Assembly (NCBI GenBank): GCA_039584685.1
Contig: JBDGXI010000011.1
Coordinates: forward strand, 1,950-65,949
DNA: 64,000 nt
Source of the DNA: Gemmatimonadota bacterium
Lineage (GTDB): Bacteria; Gemmatimonadota; Gemmatimonadetes; Palauibacterales; Palauibacteraceae
Direction: 5' to 3'
Shown: in pieces, positions 8,294 through 16,742 of the stretch
Position numbering within the stretch: the stretch's first letter is position 1
Layout of the letters: each line of letters starts with the position of its first letter
Made by a program: the position numbers and the translations under genes
The notes under the pieces: model-generated
Seen by the model: the letters and a program-made list of their open reading frames with translations, nothing else
Database searches by the model: none
Told to the model about the DNA's origin: nothing

Positions 8294-8933
8294 GCGCCGG
8301 ATGGCTCTCCTCGTGGTTCGTGATCTCTTCGACACGCCAGCGAACCCGACTGTGTTCATCGAAGTTCCGGTACTCGGCCTCACCCGGCCAGTCGGCGGAC
8401 TCAGTCCATTCCAGGTTCACCCGCTGCACCGTGCGTCCGCGAATGCGCTCCTCCACCCGTCTCAAACGCCCGTCCCGAACGAAGAAGTACGTCCTTCGGC
8501 TGGACGCGCCGCCGTATACGAGCACCGAGTCCGCTCCGGCAAGGTAGCCCTCCGCGACCCCGTCTCCCGGACGGAACAGACCCGCCATGGCGTACACGAA
8601 CTCCAGGGCCGGGATCTCCACGTCCTCGATCTCGCCGAGGCTTCTGAGCTCTCCGCCCGCGACCGCGATCGCCATTGCCACGTCGCCCGAAGTGAACAGG
8701 TCGACCCGCAGACTGTCGGGCGGATTGTACCGGCCGACTCCCTGTCCTCCGATGTCGCCGCGTCTGTCCGCGTAGCTCCAATCGAAGCGCAGGGTCACCG
8801 AGACTTCCACGCCCGTCTGGCCGCGAACATCGGCCGCGACGTCCGCCGGGTTCGCGAGCGGAGGACCACTCTCGATCGCGCTCGCGCACCCCATGAAAAG
8901 AACTGCTGGCAATGCCCGAGATGCAGCCCGCAT
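8265..8933 (-). CDS. Putative outer-membrane lipoprotein (LolB-like / DUF4292-like)
   Basis: ATG at 8933: MRAASRALPAVLFMGCASA carries a lipobox LFMGC. The mature part is about 200 aa. The ORF-track extension upstream is an artefact. Confidence 0.45.
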   Translation of the reverse strand: MRAASRALPAVLFMGCASAIESGPPLANPADVAADVRGQTGVEVSVTLRFDWSYADRRGDIGGQGVGRYNPPDSLRVDLFTSGDVAMAIAVAGGELRSLGEIEDVEIPALEFVYAMAGLFRPGDGVAEGYLAGADSVLVYGGASSRRTYFFVRDGRLRRVEERIRGRTVQRVNLEWTESADWPGEAEYRNFDEHSRVRWRVEEITNHEESHPAHAYDLPPVP

Positions 8934-9037
8934 CCGACGACCGCTGCGACGCTCCGACGGACCGTAGATCGCGCGGAAGCTACCGAGCCTCCGAACAGCG
9001 AGCAAGAAAAGCGGGGGCACCGCGTGCGGCTCGAGCG

Positions 9038-9484
9038 TCACGGTCCGGGAGTCCCCGGATGCGCGTTCTGGAGCGAGCGAAGGACCGTCACCAGGTGCGG
9101 GGGGATGCGCTTCGGCCTCCCCTCCCCGTTCGTGCACACGAGGCGAGTGCTGCCCGTCGCGAGGATCTCACCCGTCTCCGCTCGCGTGGCGACGTACGCG
9201 AAGGTGACCGTCCGACTCCTGACCTCGCTGACGCGCGTCTCTACTTCCACGAGCTCGTCGTATCCGGCACCCGACAGGTACTCGACGTCCACGTTGGAAA
9301 CCGGCAACATCACACCCTGCCGTTCAATCTCCGAGTACGCCGCGCCGGCGGCTCGGAGCAGTTCCGTGCGACCGAGCTCGAACCAGGCGAGGTACTGCAT
9401 GTGATGCGCCCGCCCCATCTGGTCGGTCTCGGCGTAGCGTACACGCAGACGGGTTCGAGCACCGGCGGTAGCACCTGAGGTCAT
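9038..9484 (-). CDS. Acyl-CoA thioesterase, hotdog fold (YbgC/4HBT family)
   Basis: RVRYAETDQMGRAHHMQYLAWFELGRTELLRAAG is a 4HBT-type signature. 148 aa. Confidence 0.75.
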   Translation of the reverse strand: MTSGATAGARTRLRVRYAETDQMGRAHHMQYLAWFELGRTELLRAAGAAYSEIERQGVMLPVSNVDVEYLSGAGYDELVEVETRVSEVRSRTVTFAYVATRAETGEILATGSTRLVCTNGEGRPKRIPPHLVTVLRSLQNAHPGTPGP

Positions 9485-9561
9485 GTCTTCCTCGCGTGGG
9501 TTCTCGACGAGCCTCGAGGGGACCGTTTCACGTTCGTCAGCGGCACTCTATACTTGGCGCC

Positions 9562-10299
9562 ATGGAAAGGTCCACGATCGTCATCTCCGACGCGCATCTC
9601 GGGGCGGCCCCGGCGGACAATGAGGCCGCCCTCCTGCAGTTCATGACGGAGATCCCCAACCGCACGGAAGACCTCCTGATCAACGGTGACCTGTTCGATT
9701 TCTGGTTCGAATATGACACCGTGATCCTGAGTCGCCACTTCCGCGTCCTCCGGGCACTGGCCGACATCGTGGATTCGGGGGTGCGTATACGCATGCTGGG
9801 CGGGAACCACGACTCGTGGGGCGGGCAGTTCCTCGCCGAGGAGATAGGCATCGAGCTCCTTCACGGGCCCATACGCATGGAGGTCGGGGGACGGCGGGCC
9901 TTCGTGGCTCACGGAGACGGCCTCGGAGGTGGTGACTGGGGCTACCGCGCGCTCAAGTCCGTGATCCGAAGTCGGCCGGCAAAGACCGCGTTCCGCCAGG
10001 TTCACCCGGATTGGTCGGCGCGCGTGATCCGTCTCGTCAGCCGTACGGAGAGCCGACACGGCCTCTCGGACGACTCCGAGAGCCACGAGCGTGCGAACCG
10101 GCTCCGCGAGATGGCCAGAGAACTCCTCACGTCGGAGCCCGACCTCGACCTGGTGATTCTCGGTCACTGCCACCAGCCCGAACTCCTGGAAACGTCCCCG
10201 GGTCGGTACTATCTCAATGCCGGAGACTGGGTTCACCACTGCACGTGGGCTGAAGTGTCGACGGACCACATCCAGCTCAACCGGTGGAATCCACGCTGA
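9562..10299 (+). CDS. lpxH: UDP-2,3-diacylglucosamine diphosphatase LpxH (calcineurin-like metallophosphoesterase)
   Basis: IVISDAHLG, INGDLFDFWFE, LGGNHD, AHGDG, ILGHCHQP and NAGDW parallel the E. coli LpxH motifs (DLHL, GDLFEAW, GNRD, HGD, GHTH, GAW). ATG at 9562 (MERSTIV). Confidence 0.7.
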   Translation: MERSTIVISDAHLGAAPADNEAALLQFMTEIPNRTEDLLINGDLFDFWFEYDTVILSRHFRVLRALADIVDSGVRIRMLGGNHDSWGGQFLAEEIGIELLHGPIRMEVGGRRAFVAHGDGLGGGDWGYRALKSVIRSRPAKTAFRQVHPDWSARVIRLVSRTESRHGLSDDSESHERANRLREMARELLTSEPDLDLVILGHCHQPELLETSPGRYYLNAGDWVHHCTWAEVSTDHIQLNRWNPR

Positions 10300-11110
10300 C
10301 CGTTTCCAGGTGATCGACCTCTTCTCCCAACAGGCGACGAGCCAGGAGATCGAACCTGGCCGCCTCGTCTGTGACGTAGTACCGGCCGACCGCCGGCGCC
10401 CTCCCCGTGCTCGCAATGCTCGATGTACTCAGCAGGTTCTGCAGGGCGTCGGCCGTCGATTCGGCCGAGTCGATCAGGGTCACGTCCGGGCCCACCACGC
10501 CCGCCAGTAGCGGCTTCAGAAGCGGATAGTGCGTACAGGCGAGAACGAGCGTGTCTATCCCCTGCTCGAGAAGCGGTGTCAGATAGCGAACCGCGGCCAG
10601 GCGCGTCACCTCGTCATCCGTCCACCCCTCCTCTACGAGCGGCACGAAGAGCGGGCACGCCTGCTCGAAAACGAGGGCATCGGGTCGATGCTCGTGAATC
10701 ACTGCATTGTACGCTCGGCTGGATATCGTCCCCCGCGTACCGATGACTCCGATGCGGCCACCTCTCGAGGCTTTCACCGCGGCCCGTCCTCCGGGCTCCA
10801 CCACGCCGAGGACCGGGACTCCCGCCCGCGCCCGGACGTCCGGAAGGGCCCGTGCGGTAGCGGTATTGCACGCGACGACGATCGCCTTGACCCCATTTGC
10901 CACCAGGAACTCGGTCGCTTCGATCGAGTACCGCCTAATCGTCTCGGCGGCCTTGGGCCCATAGGGTACCCGAGCCGTGTCTCCCAGGTAGACGGTCGAC
11001 TCAGCCGGGAGACGCTCTCTGATCGCTCGAAGCACGGTGAGCCCGCCAAGACCGGAGTCGAAGACACCGATGGGGGCAGCGACCGCAGCACTAGCAGATT
11101 CAGGGCTCAC
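10277..11110 (-). CDS. murI: Glutamate racemase MurI
   Basis: IGVFDSGLGGLTV ... VVACNTA ... LACTHYPLL are the canonical MurI motifs. Confidence 0.9.
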   Translation of the reverse strand: MSPESASAAVAAPIGVFDSGLGGLTVLRAIRERLPAESTVYLGDTARVPYGPKAAETIRRYSIEATEFLVANGVKAIVVACNTATARALPDVRARAGVPVLGVVEPGGRAAVKASRGGRIGVIGTRGTISSRAYNAVIHEHRPDALVFEQACPLFVPLVEEGWTDDEVTRLAAVRYLTPLLEQGIDTLVLACTHYPLLKPLLAGVVGPDVTLIDSAESTADALQNLLSTSSIASTGRAPAVGRYYVTDEAARFDLLARRLLGEEVDHLETVSVDSTG

Positions 11111-11458
11111 CTATGGACCTCCGATTGGGACTGAGTACTGGACCGCCACTCCAGGCGACCCATCGGGCGGAGGGACGACGGCGCCCTCGAAGTCCCACAG
11201 ATGAGCCGACACCCAGGCATCGACCCCCGAGAACAGAGCCCAAAACACGGCCATGACGATCCAGTCCTCCTTCTGCTCCTGCCGGGAATCCGCCAGGTCA
11301 TCGTCGCCGGCACGCCGGGCCGCATCCAGCTTGGACTGCGTCTTGAACAGCATCCACAAGGAGGCGGCCTCCATGGTGAAGTAGAACGCCCCTCGCACGG
11401 GCCGATCGACGGCCGCCTGCCCCCAGCCCGGCAGGATCAGGCTTCGGAAGAAGGCCCC
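11111..11458 (-). CDS. Small integral membrane protein (DUF5683-like, LIPGWGQ motif); start uncertain
   Basis: MGAFFRSLILPGWGQAAVDRP...WIVMAVFWALFSGVDAWV with GC3 about 90%. The ORF-track version (to 11761) runs through the tRNA-Sec gene. The segment between 11459 and 11640 has GC3 of only about 60% and no canonical start. Confidence 0.4.
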   Translation of the reverse strand, partial: GAFFRSLILPGWGQAAVDRPVRGAFYFTMEAASLWMLFKTQSKLDAARRAGDDDLADSRQEQKEDWIVMAVFWALFSGVDAWVSAHLWDFEGAVVPPPDGSPGVAVQYSVPIGGP

Positions 11459-11645
11459 CATGGGTGTTACGGGGGGGCCGCCCGAGTCGACTACAGCCGC
11501 CGGTACGTCTGCGGGTTCCGGGGGTGGAACCACCGCGGGCGCCGGAGCTTCGACTCCGGCCGAATCCGTCAGTACCGGCTCTTGCGCGCCCGAGGTCTCG
11601 AACGCTGCCATGACCGCGAGCAGGGCAACGACCAGCGAGCGAAAG

Positions 11646-11742
11646 TGGCGGGAGCGTGTGGGAGTCGAACCCACCCGGGACGCTACTCGCGCCCCGCAAC
11701 GGTTTTGAAGACCGCAGGCGACACCGGCCGCCATCCGCCCCC
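11646..11742 (-). tRNA. selC: tRNA-Sec (selenocysteine tRNA), anticodon UCA
   Basis: Minus-strand sequence GGGGGCGGATGGCGGCCGGTGTCGCCTGCGGTCTTCAAAACCGTTGCGGGGCGCGAGTAGCGTCCCGGGTGGGTTCGACTCCCACACGCTCCCGCCA. It has an 8-bp acceptor stem, a 6-bp D-stem with a 4-nt loop (GGCGGC-CGGT-GTCGCC), an anticodon loop CUUCAAA identical to E. coli selC, a 7-bp extra arm (GGGGCGC-GAGTA-GCGTCCC), a 5-bp T-stem with loop TTCGACT, discriminator G and an encoded CCA. 97 nt. Confidence 0.85.
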
Positions 11743-11778
11743 CCTGTCGTGTGCTTCGCACCCCCGTGTCGATCGACC

Positions 11779-12156
11779 TCAGGGCCTTCGAGCCACCACG
11801 TCGATCTCGACGCGCGCCCCTTTGGGAAGTCCCGCGGTGGCGACGGTAGAACGCGCCGGGAATGGAGGCGAGAAGTGATTGGCGTATATGGCGTTAACTA
11901 TCGTAAACTCACCCATATCCGCAAGATACACCGTTGTCTTGACTACATCGGAAAAGGAAAGGTCGGCTTCCCGCAGAATCGCGCCGAGATTCTCGAACAC
12001 CTGTGTAGCCTGCGTCTCGACATCCTCCCCAGCGAATTCTCCAGTATCCGGGACTAACCCGATCTGACCCGCCGAAAACAGAAAGCCACCAGCCTCCACG
12101 GCCTGTGAATAGGGCCCGATCGCCGCCGGGGCGTGGTCCGTATGCAATACTCGCAT
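11779..12156 (-). CDS. ridA: RidA/YjgF-family reactive enamine/imine deaminase
   Basis: APAAIGPYSQAV ... TTVYLADMGEF ... PARSTV are YjgF-family signatures. 125 aa. Confidence 0.85.
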   Translation of the reverse strand: MRVLHTDHAPAAIGPYSQAVEAGGFLFSAGQIGLVPDTGEFAGEDVETQATQVFENLGAILREADLSFSDVVKTTVYLADMGEFTIVNAIYANHFSPPFPARSTVATAGLPKGARVEIDVVARRP

Positions 12157-12187
12157 CTGGTATTCTCCGATTGATCGTCCTCTGGGA

Positions 12188-13825
12188 TCAGAACAGCCCT
12201 TCGATCCGTCCGTCGGGGTGGATCTTCATGCCTTCGGCGGCGGGTCGGGCCGCCAGGCCCGGCATGGTCATGACATCCCCAGTGAGGGCCACGACGAAGC
12301 CAGCTCCTGCCGAGATTCGGAACTCGCGGACGGTAATGTCGAACCCTCTCGGCCGTCCGAGGAGAGTCGGATCGTCACTCAGCGAGTACTGCGTCTTCGC
12401 CACGCACACCGGGAGGTCTCCGAGACCGTTTTCCACGATCAGCTGGGCCTGCTTGGCCGCGGCCGGCGTCATGTTGACTCCGTCGGCGCCGTACACCCGC
12501 GAGGCCACGGTCTCCAGCTTCTCCAGCAGGCTGAGGTCCGTGGAATACAGCGGCTCGAAGTCCGCCTCTCCGGCGTCGAGGGCGGCCAGCACTTCTTCCG
12601 CGAGGGCGATCCCTCCCTCGCCACCTCTCGCCCACACGTCGCAATCGGCGGCCCGCACACCGGCGGCCTCGCACATCGAAGCGACCCGACCGACCTCCTC
12701 GTCGGTGTCTTCGGCGAAGCGGTTGATGGCCACGACCACAGGCACGCCGAACTGGCGAACGTTCTCGACGTGCGCCATCAGATTACGGAAGCCGGCGTCC
12801 AACTCACCCGTCACGGCCACGTGGTGGTTCATCGCCCGCAGCGTGGCGACCACGACCGCGGCCTGGGGCTCGAGTCCGCCCGCCCTGCACTTGATGTCGA
12901 AGAACTTCTCTGCCCCGAGGTCCGACCCGAAGCCCGCTTCGGTCACCACTATGTCGCCCAACTGAGTGCCGGCTCGCGTGGCGATCAGAGAATTGCACCC
13001 GTGCGCAATATTCGCGAACGGCCCGCCGTGAATGAGGGCGGGACCCCCTTCGATCGTTTGCACGAGGTTGGGCGCAAGCGCGTCTCGCATCAGCAAGGCC
13101 ATCGCTCCGCCGATGTTCAGATCGCCCGCGCGCGCAAACGATCCGTCGGGGCGCGTGCCCAGAACGATCCTGTCCACCCGCTCCTCGAAGTCCGCGAGGC
13201 CACTGGAAAGGCAGAAGATGGCCATGATCTCGGAGGCCGCGGTGATCGTGAAACCGTCCTCCCGCGGGAGCCCCGACATCGGTCCCCCCAGGCCAATCAC
13301 GATGTTCCGCAGCGAGCGGTCGTTCATGTCTACGGCACGTCGCCAGTTGATCTTCCGTGTGTCGACCCCGATCGAATTCCCGCGCTGCAGGTTGTTGTCG
13401 AACACCGCGGACAGCAGCGAATGCGCCGAAGTGATCGCGTGAAAGTCACCCGTGAAGTGGAGGTTGATCTCCTCCATCGGCAGAACCTGTGAGTACCCTC
13501 CGCCCGCCGCACCACCCTTGATCCCGAACACCGGACCGAGGGAGGGCTCCCGGAGGCACAGCATGGTGCTCTTGTCCATCCTGCGGAGTGCCTGGGCGAG
13601 GCCGACACCTACGGTGGATTTTCCCTCACCCGCCGGAGTGGGCGTCATTCCCGTCACGAGCACTACTTTCCCCTTCGCCGCGCGTCCCTCCAGGGCGTCC
13701 GGAGTGATCTTGGCCATAGTGTGGCCGTACGGGCGCAGGTCTTCGGCAGTCAGTCCGATCTCGGCTGCCACGTCCAGGATCGGTCTGAGGGTGGCCTCCT
13801 GGGCGATATCGATATCGGTAGGCAT
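12188..13825 (-). CDS. fhs: Formate--tetrahydrofolate ligase (formyl-THF synthetase)
   Basis: 545 aa: MPTDIDIAQEATLRPI ... TPTPAGEGKSTVGVGL ... is Fhs-like along its full length. Confidence 0.9.
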   Translation of the reverse strand: MPTDIDIAQEATLRPILDVAAEIGLTAEDLRPYGHTMAKITPDALEGRAAKGKVVLVTGMTPTPAGEGKSTVGVGLAQALRRMDKSTMLCLREPSLGPVFGIKGGAAGGGYSQVLPMEEINLHFTGDFHAITSAHSLLSAVFDNNLQRGNSIGVDTRKINWRRAVDMNDRSLRNIVIGLGGPMSGLPREDGFTITAASEIMAIFCLSSGLADFEERVDRIVLGTRPDGSFARAGDLNIGGAMALLMRDALAPNLVQTIEGGPALIHGGPFANIAHGCNSLIATRAGTQLGDIVVTEAGFGSDLGAEKFFDIKCRAGGLEPQAAVVVATLRAMNHHVAVTGELDAGFRNLMAHVENVRQFGVPVVVAINRFAEDTDEEVGRVASMCEAAGVRAADCDVWARGGEGGIALAEEVLAALDAGEADFEPLYSTDLSLLEKLETVASRVYGADGVNMTPAAAKQAQLIVENGLGDLPVCVAKTQYSLSDDPTLLGRPRGFDITVREFRISAGAGFVVALTGDVMTMPGLAARPAAEGMKIHPDGRIEGLF

Positions 13826-13863
13826 GGTATCGGCTCCGTGTTAGTTGACGTGCTTCGAAACGG

Positions 13864-14958
13864 CTAGTCGGCGTGCTGTCTGTCCAGCGCTCGAGCCAGG
13901 TCGGCCGCCGTAACCGGTACGGCGCCGAGACGGGCGACTTCGATTCCTGCCGCTAGATTCGCCAGGTACGCCGCCTGGCTGAGCGTGGCCCGCGCGAGCA
14001 GGCAAACGGCCAGCACCGCGGTTACGGTATCGCCGGCCCCCGTCACATCAAACACCTCTCGAGTCTCCGGCGGAAGCAGGCGAGTCTCAGCGGACGGCTC
14101 CACCAGCAGCATTCCCTCCTCGCCGAGGGTCAGGAGAAGACAATCGCACTCCAGGCGGTCGAGGAGAGGGAGGAGGGTCGCCTCGTCTCTCGGCTCACTC
14201 TCCAATCCGAGGGCCGCGGCAAGTTCGCGGGCGTTCGGCTTGAAGACGGTGGCTCCCGGAAACTCGAAGAAGTGCCTGAGCTTGGGGTCGACCACCGACG
14301 GAATCCCCCGCGACCGGGCTCGGGCGAGGAGTGCGCGAGAGAGGGTGCCGGATACGACTCCCTTGTCGTAATCTTCGATCACCAGAGCATCGGCCCACTC
14401 GACCGCGTCGAGGGCGGCGCGCGCCACCCGTCGATGCGCTTCCTCGGCCATCGGATCGGGATCCTCGCGGTCGACACGCAACATCTGCTGGTGTCGCGCC
14501 AGGATCCGGGTCTTCCGGGTCGTAGGTCTGTGCGGCATGGTCACCAGATCAGCCGCCGGGACTCCGGCCGTCTCGAGTCGCTCGCCCAGAATCGTGGCCG
14601 CCTCATCCTCTCCGACGGCCGACACGAGCCTGCAGTCCGCCCCCAGCGCGGCGACTCCCATGGCCACGTTCGCCGCTCCGCCCGGAGCGGAGACCTCACT
14701 TTCCACGCGAATGACGGGGACGGGGGCCTCCGGTGATATCCGGTCCACTGACCCGCGGAGGTAGACGTCCAGCATGGCGTCACCCACGACCAGAACGCGC
14801 CCGCCTCTGGCGGAGTCGAGGAAGCGCTGAGCATCCTCCAGCGCTACGAACGGAGAGTCTGGGGGCACGATGTCGTCTTGCGTCCGATCTGGATCCCGGG
14901 TAACCTGCCGCGAGGATTTCACGCCGCGAGAAAGCGGCGCAGACCAATGGTCCTGCAA
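13864..14958 (-). CDS. D-beta-D-heptose 7-phosphate kinase (HldE/RfaE domain I, PfkB family) as a stand-alone protein
   Basis: RVLVVGDAMLDVYLRGSVDRISPEAPVPV ... DVTGAGDTV (PfkB anion-hole) and homology to HldE N-terminal halves. The 5' end may be shorter than the ORF. Confidence 0.8.
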   Translation of the reverse strand: MQDHWSAPLSRGVKSSRQVTRDPDRTQDDIVPPDSPFVALEDAQRFLDSARGGRVLVVGDAMLDVYLRGSVDRISPEAPVPVIRVESEVSAPGGAANVAMGVAALGADCRLVSAVGEDEAATILGERLETAGVPAADLVTMPHRPTTRKTRILARHQQMLRVDREDPDPMAEEAHRRVARAALDAVEWADALVIEDYDKGVVSGTLSRALLARARSRGIPSVVDPKLRHFFEFPGATVFKPNARELAAALGLESEPRDEATLLPLLDRLECDCLLLTLGEEGMLLVEPSAETRLLPPETREVFDVTGAGDTVTAVLAVCLLARATLSQAAYLANLAAGIEVARLGAVPVTAADLARALDRQHAD

Positions 14959-15171
14959 CAGTTTCGACCGATCGTGTTCGAGCAGGACGCGCGTCGCGCG
15001 AAACTAGTCGCGGGGCGCAGGGGAGTCAAAGCCCGGGGGATCGTCAGCCCGACATGAGCCTATGCCAGCGGCACGGTTAAGGGCTGGGCCCTGCACACGC
15101 AGGAGTACTTCCGCCTCCTTGGCCGCTCCCTTCACGGAAGCCTTTCGAGCCCGTTCTACGGCCGTGACCTG

Positions 15172-15855
15172 GTGATTCAGATGGACGTGATCGGAGTTGG
15201 ATCCATCGGAATCGTCCTCCTCACCGGCCTGTTCACGGGAATGGTGCTGGCCCTGCAGTCCGCGGTCGAAATGAAGCAGTTCGGGGCCACCATCTACATC
15301 GGGCGCCTCGTTGGTGCGAGCGCCGTCCGCGAGCTGGGCCCGGTGCTCACTGCCCTGATGGTTACGGGCCGGGCCGGATCGGGTATGGCGGCAGAGATCG
15401 GGGCGATGAAGGTCACCGAGCAAGTGGATGCTCTGTACACGATGAGCGTGGATCCCGTGCGGAAGCTGGTGGTCCCCCGGTTCGTGGCCGCCATCATCTG
15501 CCTTCCGTTGTTGACCGTAATCACAGACGTGGTGGCGGTGCTCGGTGGAATGCTGATCGCGGTGGTCAAGCTGGATCTTACGGTCGACCTCTACATGCGC
15601 TCGGTCTACCTGACGCTGGCGGAGACCGGATTTATCCTGCGCTACATCCCGATCGACCTGTTCGCCGGCCTGCTGAAACCGGTGTTCTTCGGTGCGATCA
15701 TAGCGATCACGGGCTGTTACTTCGGCCTCAAGACGAGCGGTGGCACCGAGGGAGTCGGGAAAGCTGCCACCCGCGCCGTCGTCACCACTTCCATCTTCAT
15801 CCTGGCGACGGACTACTTCCTGACCCAGGTCCTCATAGCGCTGTTGATGGAATGA
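15172..15855 (+). CDS. mlaE: Phospholipid ABC transporter permease MlaE; the 5' end is anomalous (see findings)
   Basis: LTGLFTGMVLALQ ... MKVTEQVDALYTMSVDPVRKLVVPRF are MlaE hallmarks. The ORF starts at GTG 15172, but MlaE homology (YFRLLGRSLHGSLSSPFYGRDL) continues 38 codons upstream to an in-frame TGA at 15055. The stop overlaps mlaF ATG (ATGA). Confidence 0.8.
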   Translation: MIQMDVIGVGSIGIVLLTGLFTGMVLALQSAVEMKQFGATIYIGRLVGASAVRELGPVLTALMVTGRAGSGMAAEIGAMKVTEQVDALYTMSVDPVRKLVVPRFVAAIICLPLLTVITDVVAVLGGMLIAVVKLDLTVDLYMRSVYLTLAETGFILRYIPIDLFAGLLKPVFFGAIIAITGCYFGLKTSGGTEGVGKAATRAVVTTSIFILATDYFLTQVLIALLME

Positions 15856-16694
15856 CACAGGACTCGCTCGACCTCTGGGATTCGCAGATGCGGAAGGAGA
15901 TCCGCGAGGAGGTTCGCAAGGCCCTCGCGGACCTCGGCGAACCGTCGGGCCTGGCTGCCGCAGTGGGTCCCGTCGTGGCGTTGAACGACCTCTATCTGGC
16001 GTTCGGGGATTTCTCGGTTCTCGAGGGAATCTCGCTCGATCTGCATCGGGGCGAGACCCTGTCCGTCCTCGGCGGCTCGGGGGCGGGAAAGTCCACCATC
16101 CTCCGGTTGATCCTCGGCCTGTCTCTTCCCGACTCGGGACGCGTCCGGTTGGAAGGACAGGACATCGCGGACGCCCCCCTCTCACAGGTCCTGGCCTTGA
16201 GGCGGAATATGGGCATGGTCTTCCAGGAGGCGGCCCTGTTCGACTCGCTCACCGTCTACGACAACGTGGCTTTCTACCTGCACGAGCACACGAAGCTGGA
16301 CGAGGAAGAGATCGGGCGCCGGGTCAGGGAGTCCCTGGAGTTGGTCGATCTCGAGCCGGATCAGGTGATGGAACTGCTTCCGGCCGAACTGAGCGGGGGA
16401 ATGAAGAAGCGAGTTGGAATAGCAAGGGCCGTGGTCCATCGGCCCAGACTCCTTCTGTATGACGAGCCGACGAGCGGACTCGACCCGATCACGACGCGCA
16501 CGATCAACGACCTGATTCTGAAGCTGCAGGCGGAGCTCGAGGTGAGTTCCATCGTCGTGACTCACGATATTCGTTCGGCCTTCCGCATCAGCAACCGGGT
16601 CGCTCTATTGTTCGAGGGGGCCCTGGTATTCGTCGGAACCCCCGAGGAGATGGTGGCATCTGAGGATGAGTATGTACGAGAGTTTCTTCGCTAA
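15852..16694 (+). CDS. mlaF: Phospholipid ABC transporter ATP-binding protein MlaF
   Basis: Walker A GGSGAGKST, signature LSGGMKKRV and Walker B LLLYDEPTSGLD. 280 aa. Confidence 0.85.
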   Translation: MTQDSLDLWDSQMRKEIREEVRKALADLGEPSGLAAAVGPVVALNDLYLAFGDFSVLEGISLDLHRGETLSVLGGSGAGKSTILRLILGLSLPDSGRVRLEGQDIADAPLSQVLALRRNMGMVFQEAALFDSLTVYDNVAFYLHEHTKLDEEEIGRRVRESLELVDLEPDQVMELLPAELSGGMKKRVGIARAVVHRPRLLLYDEPTSGLDPITTRTINDLILKLQAELEVSSIVVTHDIRSAFRISNRVALLFEGALVFVGTPEEMVASEDEYVREFLR

Positions 16695-16742
16695 GAGTTA
16701 CCGGCTGATCGAACCGATCGCGGAGAGGGCTGGGGAGACGCC

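Noticed and set aside
11459-11761. N-terminal 100 codons of ORF 11111..11761, which would give a signal-peptide-like start
   Set aside because: This segment contains the tRNA-Sec gene (11646-11742). The remaining part up to the first ATG has low GC3 (about 60%) and no canonical start codon, so it is probably non-coding spacer and the protein starts near 11458.
15055-15057. In-frame TGA inside the mlaE N-terminal homology region as a possible selenocysteine codon (selC and selB are present)
   Set aside because: MlaE is not a known selenoprotein and no conserved Cys aligns at this position. An out-of-frame ATG directly abuts the TGA, which points to a 1-nt frameshift or indel instead.
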